Shown here: positions 13,401-28,400 of the stretch, piece after piece | Position numbering within the stretch: the first letter of the stretch is position 1 | Layout of the letters: every line of letters starts with the position of its first letter | Origin: Tubiluchus corallicola | Taxonomy: Eukaryota > Animalia > Priapulida | Reading direction: 5' to 3' | Assembly: GCA_030141605.1 (NCBI GenBank) | Contig: JAQGDQ010000035.1 | Coordinates: 620,001 to 684,000 of the forward strand | Length of the DNA: 64,000 bases | Translations under genes and position numbers: made by a program | The notes under the pieces: model-generated | Databases searched by the model: none | What the model was told of the DNA's origin: nothing | Seen by the model: the letters and a program-made list of their open reading frames with translations, nothing else

Positions 13401-16400
13401 CTATGTATTGAAATTAACAGCCATGGTATCCAGAGTTTTTGAAGGAGTTGGCTTCTACTTGCAATCTACAAAGGGGCAATGAAGCAGATAATGGTGATAT
13501 TTTCAGTATGATATCCACACAAAATTTTTTACTGATAACGTTTCCAGTAGTGTCCTTACAACCGTGGATACAGATGGTCATTAAGTTGTAAGGAACCAAT
13601 TCTTAACCTCCGTGTTGTGTGATCACACCAATCGTGTGATGAATCACAAGTGGAGTATTTCCGTATGTAAAATATTTCGGTCAATTAAGAAAAACCTAAT
13701 TACTAATTAATTGCGCTTAGATCATGACGTTGCAACTAAGACAGACTTTGAAATGTAGCGTGCCATGCATTGAAACACTCACCAGAAAACATTGCAGTGA
13801 TTGGATATGTCAAATCAAGGACTTTTGTCCAAAGGGAAGTCATGCCTTTTGCCCACTCTCTGGCACGCTGGGTAAACCTAGTTATGTTCCTCTCTTCGCA
13901 CCACAAAGCACCCATGATAGCACCAATGCTTGTACCACCAACCATGTCAATTGGAATTCCATATTCTAGCATTGCTTTGATCAATCCAACATGTGATGCT
14001 CCCCTGAAAATTAAAATTTAAAAACTTCAATATCCAATTAATGAAAAGCAACGAATATATATTAATGAGCATACTATGAAAAATGACATTTAAACATCAT
14101 ACACAAAAAAGCTGCGCACAAAAAGTGCACATACCTGGCACCTCCTCCACCCAAAATTAGGCCAATTGAAGTCCCAGTTAGAAATCGTGCCAAGCGAGAA
14201 AAATCAGAAAAACGATCAGGAGGACTAGCAAATACCCGATCATACATTTCTTCCTAGCAATAAAAAAGAAACAACATCAATAAACATACAACATAGAATT
14301 TACACTAAAATAACAAAAATTAAACATTTAGAAAGAACACTTTGTATACTGCATGAATCTTAAGAAATGCGCAAGAATCTGAAGGTGGAGATGCACTAAT
14401 GAATTAGTAAAATATCACTTGAAACTACTTCACTGCTGCACAAATCAACACACAAATTTGAGCGGACAATAAAAATATTTCTGTTTCTGTCTAATCGCCT
14501 GGGTGATATTTTTTTATCATACATCCGGACAGGAATTCTATAAAAATTTTTGTGCATTCATATATTTACCCGATGCATCCATATAAAACAGCATTTTTTT
14601 AATTTAAAACATAAAATGTAAACATTATAACATTGTTATTTCGGTGAGGATGCAGCCATGTTTTTCTACAGCTAACTTTCGGACAGGGCTGCCATTTTGT
14701 ATGATGCTGATTATCGTATTGGAGGCTAAAAAGTATTGTATTTTCCACCAAACCAGTGTATTAACGAGCGAGTTGTGTTGCCACTCATACCATAATTATA
14801 AGAACATAGGTTCATATTGTATAAAAACAGACAATACGATAATCGAAATTATATGGTAATTTAGTAATCCGAAACAAAAACTAAAAAACTAAGTATGAAA
14901 AAATATGCGTTGAAGAAATTTAAAACATTACTGTTAACCAGTGGGAAATAAACAAACTTTGATTTCAACTGATTTTAAACATTCCAAGATTTAGCTCTAA
15001 ACATTCACAAAGCTTTAAAAAAAATTTTCTTTACTCCCACTGACATACTTTCAGCTCATGAGGTAAGACAGAAACAATTTTTTGTGGGTAAGCCTTAGCA
15101 ATGACATTACAAATAAAATGCAGGAATTGAGAATAACATGCGAAATGACAATGTACCATTCTTGCAGGAGATCTTTTAAGAAACATCCTTTTAGGGCAGC
15201 GAATGTGATGATGGGAGGTACACCAATCACGCATGTTCAACCATTCAGCTGTACGAGAAGGACTTTGTGCATCAGAATGGTGCAAAAGAACTAATTCTTT
15301 CTGTGCTCTCATGGCAGTTTGGCTCAATTGCGATTCAATCTAGTAAACAGAAATATCACATGAAATAAAGAACAAAAAAATTGCTAAACTAGTAAAACAC
15401 AATATTTTGTATAATGCTTTTTGTACACTGATGTGGAGTGTAATACTGGATGATAACAAAATTAATTCTAAGTACAGAAGTTTACAGAACATTCTACCAG
15501 TTTATCGTTTTTTACAATCTACATACAAGACTTACTTAACGGGCAAATACTTGCAATGTAATTTTATAAAAAAATAAAATGTTGACACACATCAACATTT
15601 TGTTAATTAGTTGATGTGTTAATTAGTTAATTAGTTTAAACTTTTATAATTATGTAATTAGATCAGATGCCAAAAAGTTAGCTGACGCCAAACTCCAAAA
15701 AAGAATTTTAGTGAATTTTCTTAACTTTTACAGTAAACAAATTGTGTTAAAATGGGCAGATAAAACATAAACACAAAGAATTTCTGCTATAACTAGAAAA
15801 TACCTTGCCAACTGAGGGCTCTTGATTAGCTAGAGCAACGATTAACACACAGTCAGCATGTCGAATGCAACGCCGAGTCCAAGGAGTCAGTTTGTAGTCA
15901 CACATGTAAAGAACAATTCGATGCATATCATCTTGTTGAGCCAACCAGCTGGATAAACGATAATCATTAATCTGATCTAAAGCACCAGGACCAAGTGTCT
16001 CTTTAATAAAACTGCTTGTTAATCTCATTGTGGGACCTGAAAAAACATAAAATGACTTACTAAGCAAGCTGGCTAAGCTGAGCCAGTTTGTTAATATGCA
16101 ATTTGAAGTGAGTTACAAATTGAATTACAAAAAAAGAAAACTGATGAATTTTAATATCCATAGTTTGTGGTTATTGACAAGAAGTCACCAAGAATTTTTT
16201 AAAAAACACACAACAATTGTTTAAAAAATTACCAATACACTTACTAACAAAATGATATAATTTATGATTTCTCTTAAGAAACTTATACTGTACCAGATTT
16301 CAATTTATTCTTATAACATCTGTTAGCAGAATAGCTGAAATTTCTTGGCAAAATACCTCTACAAAATGCATTTGAGCATAATTAATTCATTGGTTTTAAT

Positions 16401-19400
16401 AATATCTTCCATAATTATTATGATACAGTATAATAATAACATGTATTAATTGCAAACTTATCATCAGTACCTATTCTGACTTTCACCTTTCGCCTTTTGA
16501 ACACAAAACAATACAATGTACGCTATAATTTGCAATGGAAAACATCTGTTCCACTTTTGAAGTTAATATGTGCAAGGTTTTTTCTTAGTGTATACAAGTA
16601 AGCATGTACACAGACAGCAGTGAAGTGTGGGTAATTAGCATGAAACTTTATTCCCCCCAAAACTAACTATTATGAATTATGCATCTATGCTATCATAAAA
16701 TTGCTGTCAAAACCTTTATTATACAAAAATAAAGGAATGGTATACTTTTAATAAATCTTCAAGGGATTTTATTGGTCACGAAAAATCTGTTTCAGTAACA
16801 TAAATATAAAAACGATTTTTATTCTATTTCACATCACACCACAATATAATTTTAATTTTATTTCAGTTTAAAATGAACCCGTACGTTAAGAGTACAAAGA
16901 GTGACTAGAAACACTACTAGTGAAGTGCCTATAAAATTATATGGAAGACCAGACGTTAACACACCTATAGCTTCCAAAGCATGGGTAAGTTCGAGTGTAA
17001 ATGTATCCAATGGAACATCATCAGTGACAGGCATTACTGCAATTGTTGATAAATTACCAAGAGAAGCTTTAGCATCTAATGATAATTCTGCTGGAGGACG
17101 TTGTTGTGATATTAAGACACGTTCACCAAGTAGACGCATTAATCGGGCTACCACCTAGGAAAAAAGTATAAACAAAAAGGATAGTTAATTGGTTTTATCC
17201 CCACAAAATAAATTACTGGCTCACATAATTCATTAAGAACTTTTCCAAACTTAACCCAAAAATTAAAACTGCATTAACACAGAAACTACATTAAGTTTAA
17301 GCTGCTTCATACAATTTATCACAAAACACACTTTATGGGGAATAGTGTAACAGAAAAATGTATCTTTCACTCTGTAGAGTTCAGTGCAGGAAATGATTTT
17401 GTGGACATTATGGAGTCCAGTCAGTGAGTCTGTGGAGTGATTTTCATGACTGATCTTTGCACACGTCGATGGGGTGAGCATAAGTCATTTTATAGGTTGA
17501 CAGGTTGGCACTTTTACAGATAATAACAATAAGATGCAAAAAACAGGTCTCTGCAAGAACACAAGCATTTTGTATGTATGATGACATCATATGCAGTTAA
17601 GGTGTCACAATCAGAGGTCACAAAACTATCCAGTTACAATAACCGATACTAAAACATCTTAAATGAAATAATGGAACTTACTTGTGGGTATTTTCTCTTA
17701 ATTAAAGACAATAGACCCTCGGGTAGTTTGGCCACTTCTGTATCTCGGACAGCCATAACAGTAGTAGTTCTTACAGTCTGAGTTAACACCTCAACCTATA
17801 GTTACAAACATTCTAATTGGTCAAGAACTAATTAAGACAAAATTCTCCTTTTGTATAAGCCAAAGACAAAAACCACACTTTGACAATTACACTTCCTGGC
17901 ACCTAGAACATAACTGCATATGAAATTAAATACAATGGAACCACAGAAAGTATTACAAAAGTGTTAATAAAAAATAAACAAAAAAAAATCGTTTACATTA
18001 TCTCTGCGCTATTGCAAAAACATAGTTTCACATTAGACGTTAGCAAAACACAAAACTTACTACACCAACTAGTTCTCCTCGTCCATGCTCTTCACAGAGT
18101 TCTCTTTTTTTGTCAGCCCGAGTTAATACTGACCGTAGACGTCCAGATAATACTATATATATTGAGTCAGCTAAATCACCTTGCCTAAAAGAGCAGCAAA
18201 TTTAAAAACTAAGCAAAAACATGCATTACAAATAAATTCTGGTAGCAACTTTATCAGCGGCTACTTATAACAACAAAAATAATCAAAATGTAACTTAAAT
18301 GATTATGAGCAAATATTCTTAATAGTTACAATAGACGACTCACATGTTTATTATTATAACACATAACAAAATAATGTTGATGAAGATGCCACTGGAACAT
18401 ATCTCAATCCTGTTACATTACTTTCTATGGAAGTCTTTGCCTCATTTAACGACGTTTTGCTTAACCTCATTTAACCGTTTTGCATAAAAATGGAGTCATT
18501 AAGCGAGGACTTACTGTAGCTACAAAGATTAGGTTATGAATTATATAAAAAACCTGTATGTACCTGAATACAGCGCGACCAGCTTCAATCTGTGTCCAGT
18601 CTAAAGCAAAGTCTATTGATCTGACAAACTGGGACAATCTTTGAGCAATACCATGTGCTACATGCAGGACCACTTTTGGTGAATCACGCATAATACTGGG
18701 AACAGAGTAACGTTATCTTATTAGAGAACAATACAAACAGACACTAAGATGAGTTAACAAATAATTTGAAAGTAAGGAGTCAAAATGCAAACCATTAATT
18801 ACAACTAGCACTTCTAATATAAAAAACAACAGTGAACCGGTCGTCTTCTCAAAATAACTTGAAGAGTATGCAAAAATCAGGACAGTTCCTATTTTCCACT
18901 CATTTTAACTCTTGCTTTAATTGTTTAATTTACAAGACCATGAACAGATGACTTCTGTGTACTGATAATATAGATTCAAGCGAGTAATTACAAGCTATAG
19001 ACACATTGATTGATTATACAAAATACTTTAACATCAGACAGGAAACATAAAAAACTTTATTAGTATAAAACCAGTTTTTTATTAATATTAATATTCAGTA
19101 CTAGTACAGACTTACTCATAAAAGTTTGACTTTGTGATTACGATTAGATGGCTAAGTTGTCGCGCACGAATGGTGAACATAGAAGGTTCACCAGTCAATA
19201 CACTCAGTGTACCCACAATTTCACCAGGATTTGCTACAAATAATAAGTTCTGAAAAATAAAAAATAAAAACTTTTCTTTAATCAAAGATTTGTGCAGCTG
19301 GTTCCCTAGGATAATTTATCAAGCAACTGAAAATAATGAGCTATTTTTCAGTAGATTCTAATCAGAACGAGAATTATATACTGAGCTGACAAAGTAGTAA

Positions 19401-22400
19401 ATAGGCATACAAAACCTGGAAATTCGATAGTAAATTTTTTAAATTAAGAACGGCTTGGACTATTGCAGTAGGTAAACTCTGGAATTTACCATTTAGATAC
19501 TGTCTTAGTGATAGTGACAGAAACGATTTGTTAAATGTTACCATAGCTGCTTGAATAGTAAAAAGCATATAGCCAATTTCCTTGCACATAATTCTTGATT
19601 TCGAGCATTTTCTATAATGGATTATAATTTGTCATCTATTTGTAATGAGTACAAAACTTTTTACATATGTGAAAATTTGGTTTCTAAAGTTTTTTCCTGT
19701 ACATTAGATGTAAGCATTTATTTTAATAAAGAATAAATTGTAAACTCCATTAAAGAAGTTATATAAGCTCTAGAGCGCGTTTTTGACAGAAATGAGTCAT
19801 GTGCCATATTAACATGTCTTATTCTCACTTAATTGTATATATTCACATTGCCTACTGATCTTGTTAATTAGTGTCATTTTACTTGTTGATGTGACTGTAC
19901 CACGAGTACGAATAAATGATATATATATATAAGCAATTCCTTCTTGGTTTTCTTGCTTCATCTGTCTGATTATACTGCCTTATACTATCATTGTATCTAT
20001 ATGGTATTCAACAAAAAATATTTTCTTGAACAATAAACCAATCCATATATAATGTGCTCATGTGTTAAAAACATTAATGTGCTCACATTAAGCACTTATA
20101 TAAATTCAGTAGACGCCGCTTAATAGACGCACTTTGGGACCGAACTGTTTGACCCAATTAACCGATTGAACCTATTAACCGAAGGGTGTAGTATTACTGG
20201 TATAGAAGTATGTCACCAGTTTACTATGCACTGCAAATGTTTTAATGAATTTTAGAAATGAAGTTATGCCTAGATTCCTTTGTGCAGTTGAAAATTAAAA
20301 AAAACAATTTTTAAAATATTAATTTACATAAGTGAATTAGCAATAAATTAAAAAATACAGTTTTCTAAATCAAAAATATACAAAAATTCCTTCAAAGTTG
20401 GCCGCTTCATTTTATCGCAAAAAAGCTGGCTCGCAAAGTTTTCATAATGACAAAAACGTTAAAAATCTCTTATTGTATGATGAACAAATTCTCATAAAAT
20501 ACATAGTGCTTGGCGTGCTTAAACTGTTAGTGGTGCAAGTAGCTTCCTCTGTATTTACGTCTCCCTGATGTACTGTACTGTACCTGTATCCCTAGCATAA
20601 CAGCAGTATCTAACTGATTAAACTTTCTGGCAAAGGCACTTTCTGGCATACAAGGCAAACCACTAAGCAAGTGATTAAACGTTTAACTTCCAGAAATTCT
20701 TGGGTAACGAGGTTAATTGCAGTGGTTGATATGATAAACGTTCCTGCTTACAAACAAAACGATACTTAACATGATTGTTTCTATGTATATTATAAGACAA
20801 AAGTGAACTAAGATGATATAAAAGTCATAAAAGCTATTAGTCCCAGGAAAGTGTCTTATTGAAGCATGCGAAGCAAAAATATTGAGTCAATTATGTAGAG
20901 CTATTTGAGTCTATTACCGACAGTTTTTATGTACATTTGAATTGAAGCGGCCCGTACCAGGCGTTTTTCAGTCAATTAAGCGATTGAGTCTATTAACCGT
21001 GAGTCTATTAAGCGGTGCCTATTGTAATCACAAAACTCATCATTCACAAAATTTGCTACTTGGAAGAAAAGCTGAGTGATCAAAAGTAAAGGAAAAGCCA
21101 AGCAATGTCAGACCTTGAAAAAGTGAATGAATAACCATTGCAAAAACATCATTTGTGTGCCAGGTTCTTTCATTAACTCACAGAAAAAGAGTGTACACAC
21201 ATTTGAATGTGGCGAAGACACCTTTGCTTATTTATTTATTTATTTTTGCTTAAAATATTATCTTTGATAGGATTTCAGACAAATCAGCTCTGTGTTATGC
21301 AGATATATAAAGTGTATTTTGTAAAAACAGAAACTATGCAATAAAGTTACTACAATAAACACTTTTCAATGATCTCAAATTTTCTATTCATTCAAAGAAT
21401 ATAACAATCAAGAATCAACACTAGTGGCACCGACACTAAAAATCTGTACCAAGTATGATCATGGAATTATCCTATAGGCTAGACTACAGCCCTGAGCCCC
21501 TCAAACTTTGATATTTGGTAAAAATACGTTTTTTCACTATGGCTACGTTGAAATATGAGCTAGCTTAAACCTGTTGCTAGCTTCTTTTGCAATAAATAGT
21601 TAAATAGTGGCATTTTTTAAAGAATATTTTTATTGACAAACAAAAGACAGCTATTCCATTTTATTTAAAGAGTCTGCAATAAGTTTACTTCAAGTTATGT
21701 AAATGTCGCTAAAATATATCACAAGGAAAAATATTCATGACAGGTGTGGGAGAGTTAGGTGGCTCAATCTGCGGAGGGCCAGGATTTCATTAGTCTAGAG
21801 GCCCCAAAAGCTCATAATCTGACCCTGAGTATGACATAATGTTAACTTACATGGCACTTGCTAGCAATCTTAGAAACTACACATTTGATTACCTCAGTAT
21901 GTTCTTTGTCAATAATACGCTGCATAACCTGTAGTGCTCCAGTGACAACGAAAAATATGCTGGAATCCTGAAATGAAGTTAGAAAATTAGCATGAACTAT
22001 AACCAATCATTAAAATAGTTAGATCCAAAATAGTTGTCATGAGAATCAAAATGATGGCATTTAACACACCATTACCAAGTCACAGCAATTCTAAGTTTTT
22101 TTGGGCTTCACATACATATATATATATATATATATGAAGGCGTTCTGATTATTTGCATAAAAAAGAGCATTACCGCTTCAGCTTGTCTGACTAGAATTTT
22201 CCCAGCGCTAACCTGGCGAAGAACCATTCTTCCCTCAAGTGCCGTGTCATCCTATACATAAACAATAAAAAATTTTGTTGAATTTGCACAAATAAAATCC
22301 AAATAATGACATATATGAATAATGACATACATACACGCATGCATGCACACACACGCACACTGAAGATCATAAGGCCAAAGTGAAACAAAAATATCTCTAT

Positions 22401-25400
22401 CATTTGGAAACCTTAATCATATAAACAATTTAATAGAAACAACAGCAGAAAGTTATAGTATGTTTTAACTGTCCTAGCAGCCAAAATTCTAACAACAAAA
22501 TTATAAAATCAATAATTTAATAGCAATGCTTGGCAAAGTGCATTCTGTATTGGAAAACTGAGCACAACAAATGCCTGCAATTTTCAGACTTAAAATGATA
22601 AAACGTTTCACCTTTAAATCAAGAATTCTCACTAGATCCTCTTTGGCTAGTTGCATCATATAACTTTCTTGTGATCTCTTTGATGTGGCAGCAGCAGAGT
22701 TCAATGGATCATCGGAGAGATCCTCATCACATGGACTTTGGTCACTGGGCACCGAAAACGAAATGTGTTTAAACTGCTTTGAGCTGGTAACAGACTCTTT
22801 CTACAAAATGAGATGCAAAAGATAAGATAAATAACCAGTAGCAACCACAGAACCATAGATGTCTTATGCACATATATGTAAAAGTTAATTTTCCTATACA
22901 TGAGCTACTTGGTTAATAAATGAATGGGCAATAACCAGAAAAATATGCAACATTGTCTCCTGATATACTTCTCTTTAGTTACAGTTACGTGGTGACAGTT
23001 GCATTTATTCAATGCAAAAATACGATATTACCATAGAGCCATTCTCCACATCCTATATGAAGGATAATGCACACAGTCAGAAAAGACAATACTGGAGAAT
23101 ACTGGTGAGGTTGCAAGACACTTCTTCCGGCACTTCTGAAGAATTACTTTTAGTGATGCATTGTTTGGTGAATAACTAAAAATGTACTAAATCCTGACTT
23201 GATCACAAGGGGCTGTCATAAAGTTGAACTTGTAAGTCAGATATTTCTAATACTAATCTAGACTCAGTCCTGGCTTTTTCAAATTTCCTTTTTTTGCTCA
23301 ACTGTCAAAGATTTAAAACTGTTGGTTTATTCTTCATCCTGCCATAAAGCAGATAATTTTGCAGATAAATAGTTATGAAGATACTATATGATCAAATAAT
23401 AATTACGGATTTTAAAGCTGTTCTTGATCTTATGTCCTTATCGCGATCAAGAGAGTAGGCTCTTGCCCTCTGACAAGCAGCATCAAAATCATTTTTTGTA
23501 ACCGTAAAAGCCTTTCCTGAAAAAAATTAAAAATACAATGTGTTTGAGCATTCACACTTCATAGATTGATATGCGCCTAATAAGAAAATGCAATACAATT
23601 TCGTAAAATAGGGTGAAAAAATTATTTAAAATGACTGTCATCAATAATATACCAGAAAGAGAAGCTTTTGTCTGTATATTAGGTCCAGGGATGTTAATGC
23701 TCTCTGACTTGCTAGGTTTCTCGTCGGCACTGCTGTTAGTAGAAATACTTGCTTCCACAGACTCTTGTCTATGATGTTCATCAAGATTGCTGCGAACAGG
23801 TGGCTTTGACGGGCTTGATAAAAGTTTTCCAGATATCGACTGCACCAAAAACTTTTGGCTGGAATCTGCTACCTAAACGCAAATTGTTAAGCTATTTTTT
23901 GTGCTTACACCACCGAGTTAACTAAGGACTTTTTGGTCAAAAGGTCAATCTATATACCTACTACAGAAGGCGGAGCAACCTAAATAGTATATCAGTTTCC
24001 AAATAACTTATTATGTAGTTAATCAATTTTGTAGCAAAATATTAACTTCCACGCTGCAATAAACCTTTTCAAAATAGTCATTATTGGAATCTAGACAAAA
24101 AGTTTAAAAATTAGTTTCTTATAGCTGTACTGGTTCATAATCTGTTATATAATTGTACAATTATTTTATTAACATGTACCAATTACAGCTTCCATTATTG
24201 GTTATTTTTTGAGTTTTTCTTTTAAAAAATAGAATGATCAGTTCATTTAATGTAAACGAAAAACTTTGAATGAAAAACGTTTCTTTAACAAAAGAAAAAA
24301 TGCAAATAATGGATATGTTTACATCTTTTTTCTTGGAGTTCTGTAAGAAAAAAAACTGATTTAGAGTTAAGATTTGAATCGAGAATAGATGTTAAGAAGA
24401 AAATACAAATGCTATTGCTTACAGGATTTATTAATTCTGCACTCAGTCCCAAATAATTATGAAGTGCTAGGAATGTCACTCGCTGCAACCGAACCATAAT
24501 CATTTGCACAACACGAACCAGGGAACCGGGATATCTTTCTAATGTATCGCTTAAGGCATGTACAGGCAGACGCAGAATGGTCGCGTCTTCCGCTGCTTTG
24601 GCTGAAACTGTCTTGTATGTAGCTGCATGTCCCTAATTTATAAATATAACACAAGTCAAATTATCCTGTAAAAATGTAGTTTCTTAAAATATACAATATT
24701 TTTATGCAACTGCAGTTAATGTTCAAATCAGCAAATTTACTTAAGATATAGAGGTAATATTTATTATTGCAATAGGTGCCGCTTAATAGACTCACTTTGG
24801 GACCGAAGTGTTTTGACCCAATTAACTGACTGAACCTATTAACCGACGGGTGTAGTATTACTGGCATAGAATTGTGAGTCACCGGCTTACTATGCACCTA
24901 TGTTTCCCCGCATGGAGCTTCGTCTGTAGTTTCTCGTCTGTAGTCACATCCGCTGGCTAGTGTGATGCACTTACTGTACTGTACCTGGGTCCCTCGCATA
25001 ACAGCAACATCTAACTGATTAAACTTTCTGGCAAAGACAGCCAGCGCTTCAAAAGCAAACCGCTAAGCCAGTGATTAAAGGTTTAGCTTCCAGGAATTCT
25101 TGGGTAACGAAGTTAACTGCTGTGGACGACGGGTTAAAGGAAATCATTAGGCTAGCAAATTAGCATATGATAAATGTTCCTGCTTACAAACAAAACGATA
25201 CTTAACATGATTGTTTCTATGTATATTATAAGACAAAAGCGAACTAAGATGATATAAAAGTCATAAAAGCTTATTAGTCCCAGGAAAGTGTCTTATTGAA
25301 GCAAAAATATGGAGTCAATTATGTGGAGTTATTTTAGTCAATTACCGACAGTTTTTAAGTACGTTAGAACAGAAGCGACCCGTACCAGGCGTTTTTGGTG

Positions 25401-28400
25401 AGCCTATTAAGCGACGCCTACTGTATTATTATTATTATTATTATTATTATTAAAACTCTATCTTGAAGACGCCTTGAATAGGCTGCTCCTATTCAAACGG
25501 GAATAAAAACTGCCGGCAACTGACTGAATAACTTCGCACAACTGATTCAACATTTTTCCTTCACATACTTAAAATAAGACACTTGTGTGTGACCAAAGAA
25601 CTTTTATTATTTTTATGTCATCATTATGTCGATTTGGTGCACTATAATATATGTAGAAACGGTCACGTTAAGTACAGCCTTGTTTGTAAGTAGTTACGTT
25701 TATCATGTACGCTAGTGTAGAAATTTGACTCCCGCTTGTCTGCTGAAGTTAAACTCGATTTTTTCTGGAAGCTAAACATTTAATCACTTGCCAAGCAGTT
25801 TGCTTTTGAAAATCCCGCTACTTTTTATAGGGGAAACAAGGTCATCACCAACTGCAGCTCAAGCACTAGGTGACTAGAAGTTTTGCGTGAATACGTGCAG
25901 CATAAAGCAAGAGATTTTCAACATTTTTATCATTATGAGAATTTCATAAACCAACATCTTTGTGAAGAAAAGAAGCAACCTTTCACCAATTTTTGCAATT
26001 TTTATTTCAGTGGTGGTAGTGAGATTTGAGCGATTTTTTATTTCCTTTTAATATTAAACCACTTTATATTAATATTTTTAGATAATTGCACATGGGAATT
26101 TTGATATAAATTTGTTTCTAAAATTCATTTAAAGCTTTTGCAATGCACACTAAGGCGATAAGTGATAACTCATATTTCTATAGTAGTAATATTCTACGCC
26201 CGCCGGCTAATTGATTCAGTTGGTTACTTGGATCAAAACACTTCCATCCCAATGTTAGTCTATTAGGCGGTGCCTACTGTATAAGTTTGTACATGTGTAT
26301 GTATTTGCATGTTCTTGGTGAAGAGAATTCAAAACAAAACTTATTGTATCAACTGGTTTCTTGTACGAAACTAATTGTTCAGAGTAGGAGGGTATCTTAT
26401 TAGCTGAAATGCCAGAAAAAATTTTGATTTCTAATACACTTACTGTTATAACGTCTAGAATAGAAAGTAGACTAACAATATTATCACCAGGTAAAACCTC
26501 TTTCACTACAACATCTCCTGCTCCCTCCTACAAAAGAAAGAATGTTTTTATTTCACTTACAAACTTGACAGCAAAGTAAAAGATCATGAAACATGACATT
26601 AAAAGCAATTGTACATTTAGATACTAAACATGTCTTAAATCGCAGCCTCTGTCATTATAGGTTAAAGAAACAAACTACAATGTGTTTTAAAAATTTCAGC
26701 CAAACAGTGGGCAAAATTTGATTAAAGAAAGAATATGATATCTTACGGCACTGCAATAAGTCAAGGCTCCACTAATACATCATAACAGCTAACAGAAAAC
26801 ACTTTCAGTTTGTGACATTAAAACATGTTTCCTACATTAGGAAATAATGTGCAGCACTTCCAAAGTTCCTGACAAAACACATCAATAAAAACATCTGACA
26901 TGTCACATTAATACAACTTACTGGAGCTGAAACATATAGAAGTATTTTTCCTGTTTGGACCACATATACGCTATCATCAACTTCACCGATGCGAAACAAA
27001 TACTCGTCAGTTGGAACAAATACAGATGTCATATGACGACACAATTCCAGAAATAATGGTTTTTCAAAATGACCTAGCACACTGCAAAATAAATAATCAT
27101 AACAAGATTTGTTATTTACTGATACAAAATCACTTTTAATGGAATTACAAATTAAAAAATTGGTAATAAGTAAATGGCAGATTCTATAAAGACTTGGATC
27201 TATAGGAGCAATGAACCAGGCATTCTTTTTTGATGAAATAAATCAGTTAAAAATTAAAAATCACGTTATTATTAATTAAGCTTAGATTGTAAAATGACTA
27301 AGACTCAACAAATGACAAGGTTCTGTCAAATGGCTACTTTTATCAGTCCAAACAAAAATATCCAAATTTACTACAACAAGAACCATAAATTTTGGCTTTT
27401 GCCTTTACTGGCTTTAATGACCGTCACAGACAAACTATCAAACAAAGAACTTTAACATCTAAATTTAGCCACAATATCTTAGTTAAAACCAACCAACACT
27501 ATAATAAGAATTATGTACATTTACAGACACATAAAAAATTGACTCAATGCTATGAAAACACACGACACTTACTATCATTTTCATTGTTTACTAAAATTTA
27601 AAATCAAATTAGATCTTATTTTGGGAAAGCCAGTAAGCAATACTTGCATTTTGTGCACAACTTAAGAGCTGCTCCCAAAAATGTTTGCACCAAGTATGCA
27701 AAATTTGATATCAAGTTTTTTACAGGAAAGAACAATTCTGTTGTAATATTCTGATTTTAAAACATCTGCTCTTAGATGGGATAAAATATCTCACAGAAGT
27801 GGCTAATACATATATATGAACTTGAACATAATCATCTAACTCTAGAAGCTTTGCAAACTGTAACATCCTGAGACAATAAAACACGTTTGCAAATTATTTT
27901 TGCTTTTATAGATAAAGTGTCAGGATTATTATTTCAATTTACAGAGCAAACATTGTACAGGACATTATAAAAAAAAACAGTCTTTCAACAAACAACATTA
28001 ACAAAATAGTAGTTTACCAAGGCGAGGTCTTCTCCAGTACTTGGGCAGGACCAGTCCTTCCTCACGCACGTTGTAGTAATGCAGCAGAATTCGGTCTCCA
28101 ATGGAAGTTGGCTAGGTTAGCGTCTCTTTCAGTCTACTTCGTGAGCAGCAGGTAGTCTTTTCCAGGAAGTCTCCACAGCTTTCCATTAAACTGGCAGGAC
28201 ATAGAATAGGATCTCTTGAGATCGGATAATAAGAAGATCACCTTCTCCGAATTCCCATGCAGAACGGGAGCGATTTAGACCATCGAACGTGAAGTCAAAG
28301 GTGACAGTATCTTCATCCAACGTAAAAGTAATTAGGCTATGTAATGAATGCCTAATTTAACAAATGTCTCTCAGCAATTGTGTAACTGACGAGGTTTCAC

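Noticed and set aside
23100-23345. Extra cassette exons between exons 10 and 11
   Set aside because: Acceptors exist, but there is no convincing phase-0 donor, or stops follow at once
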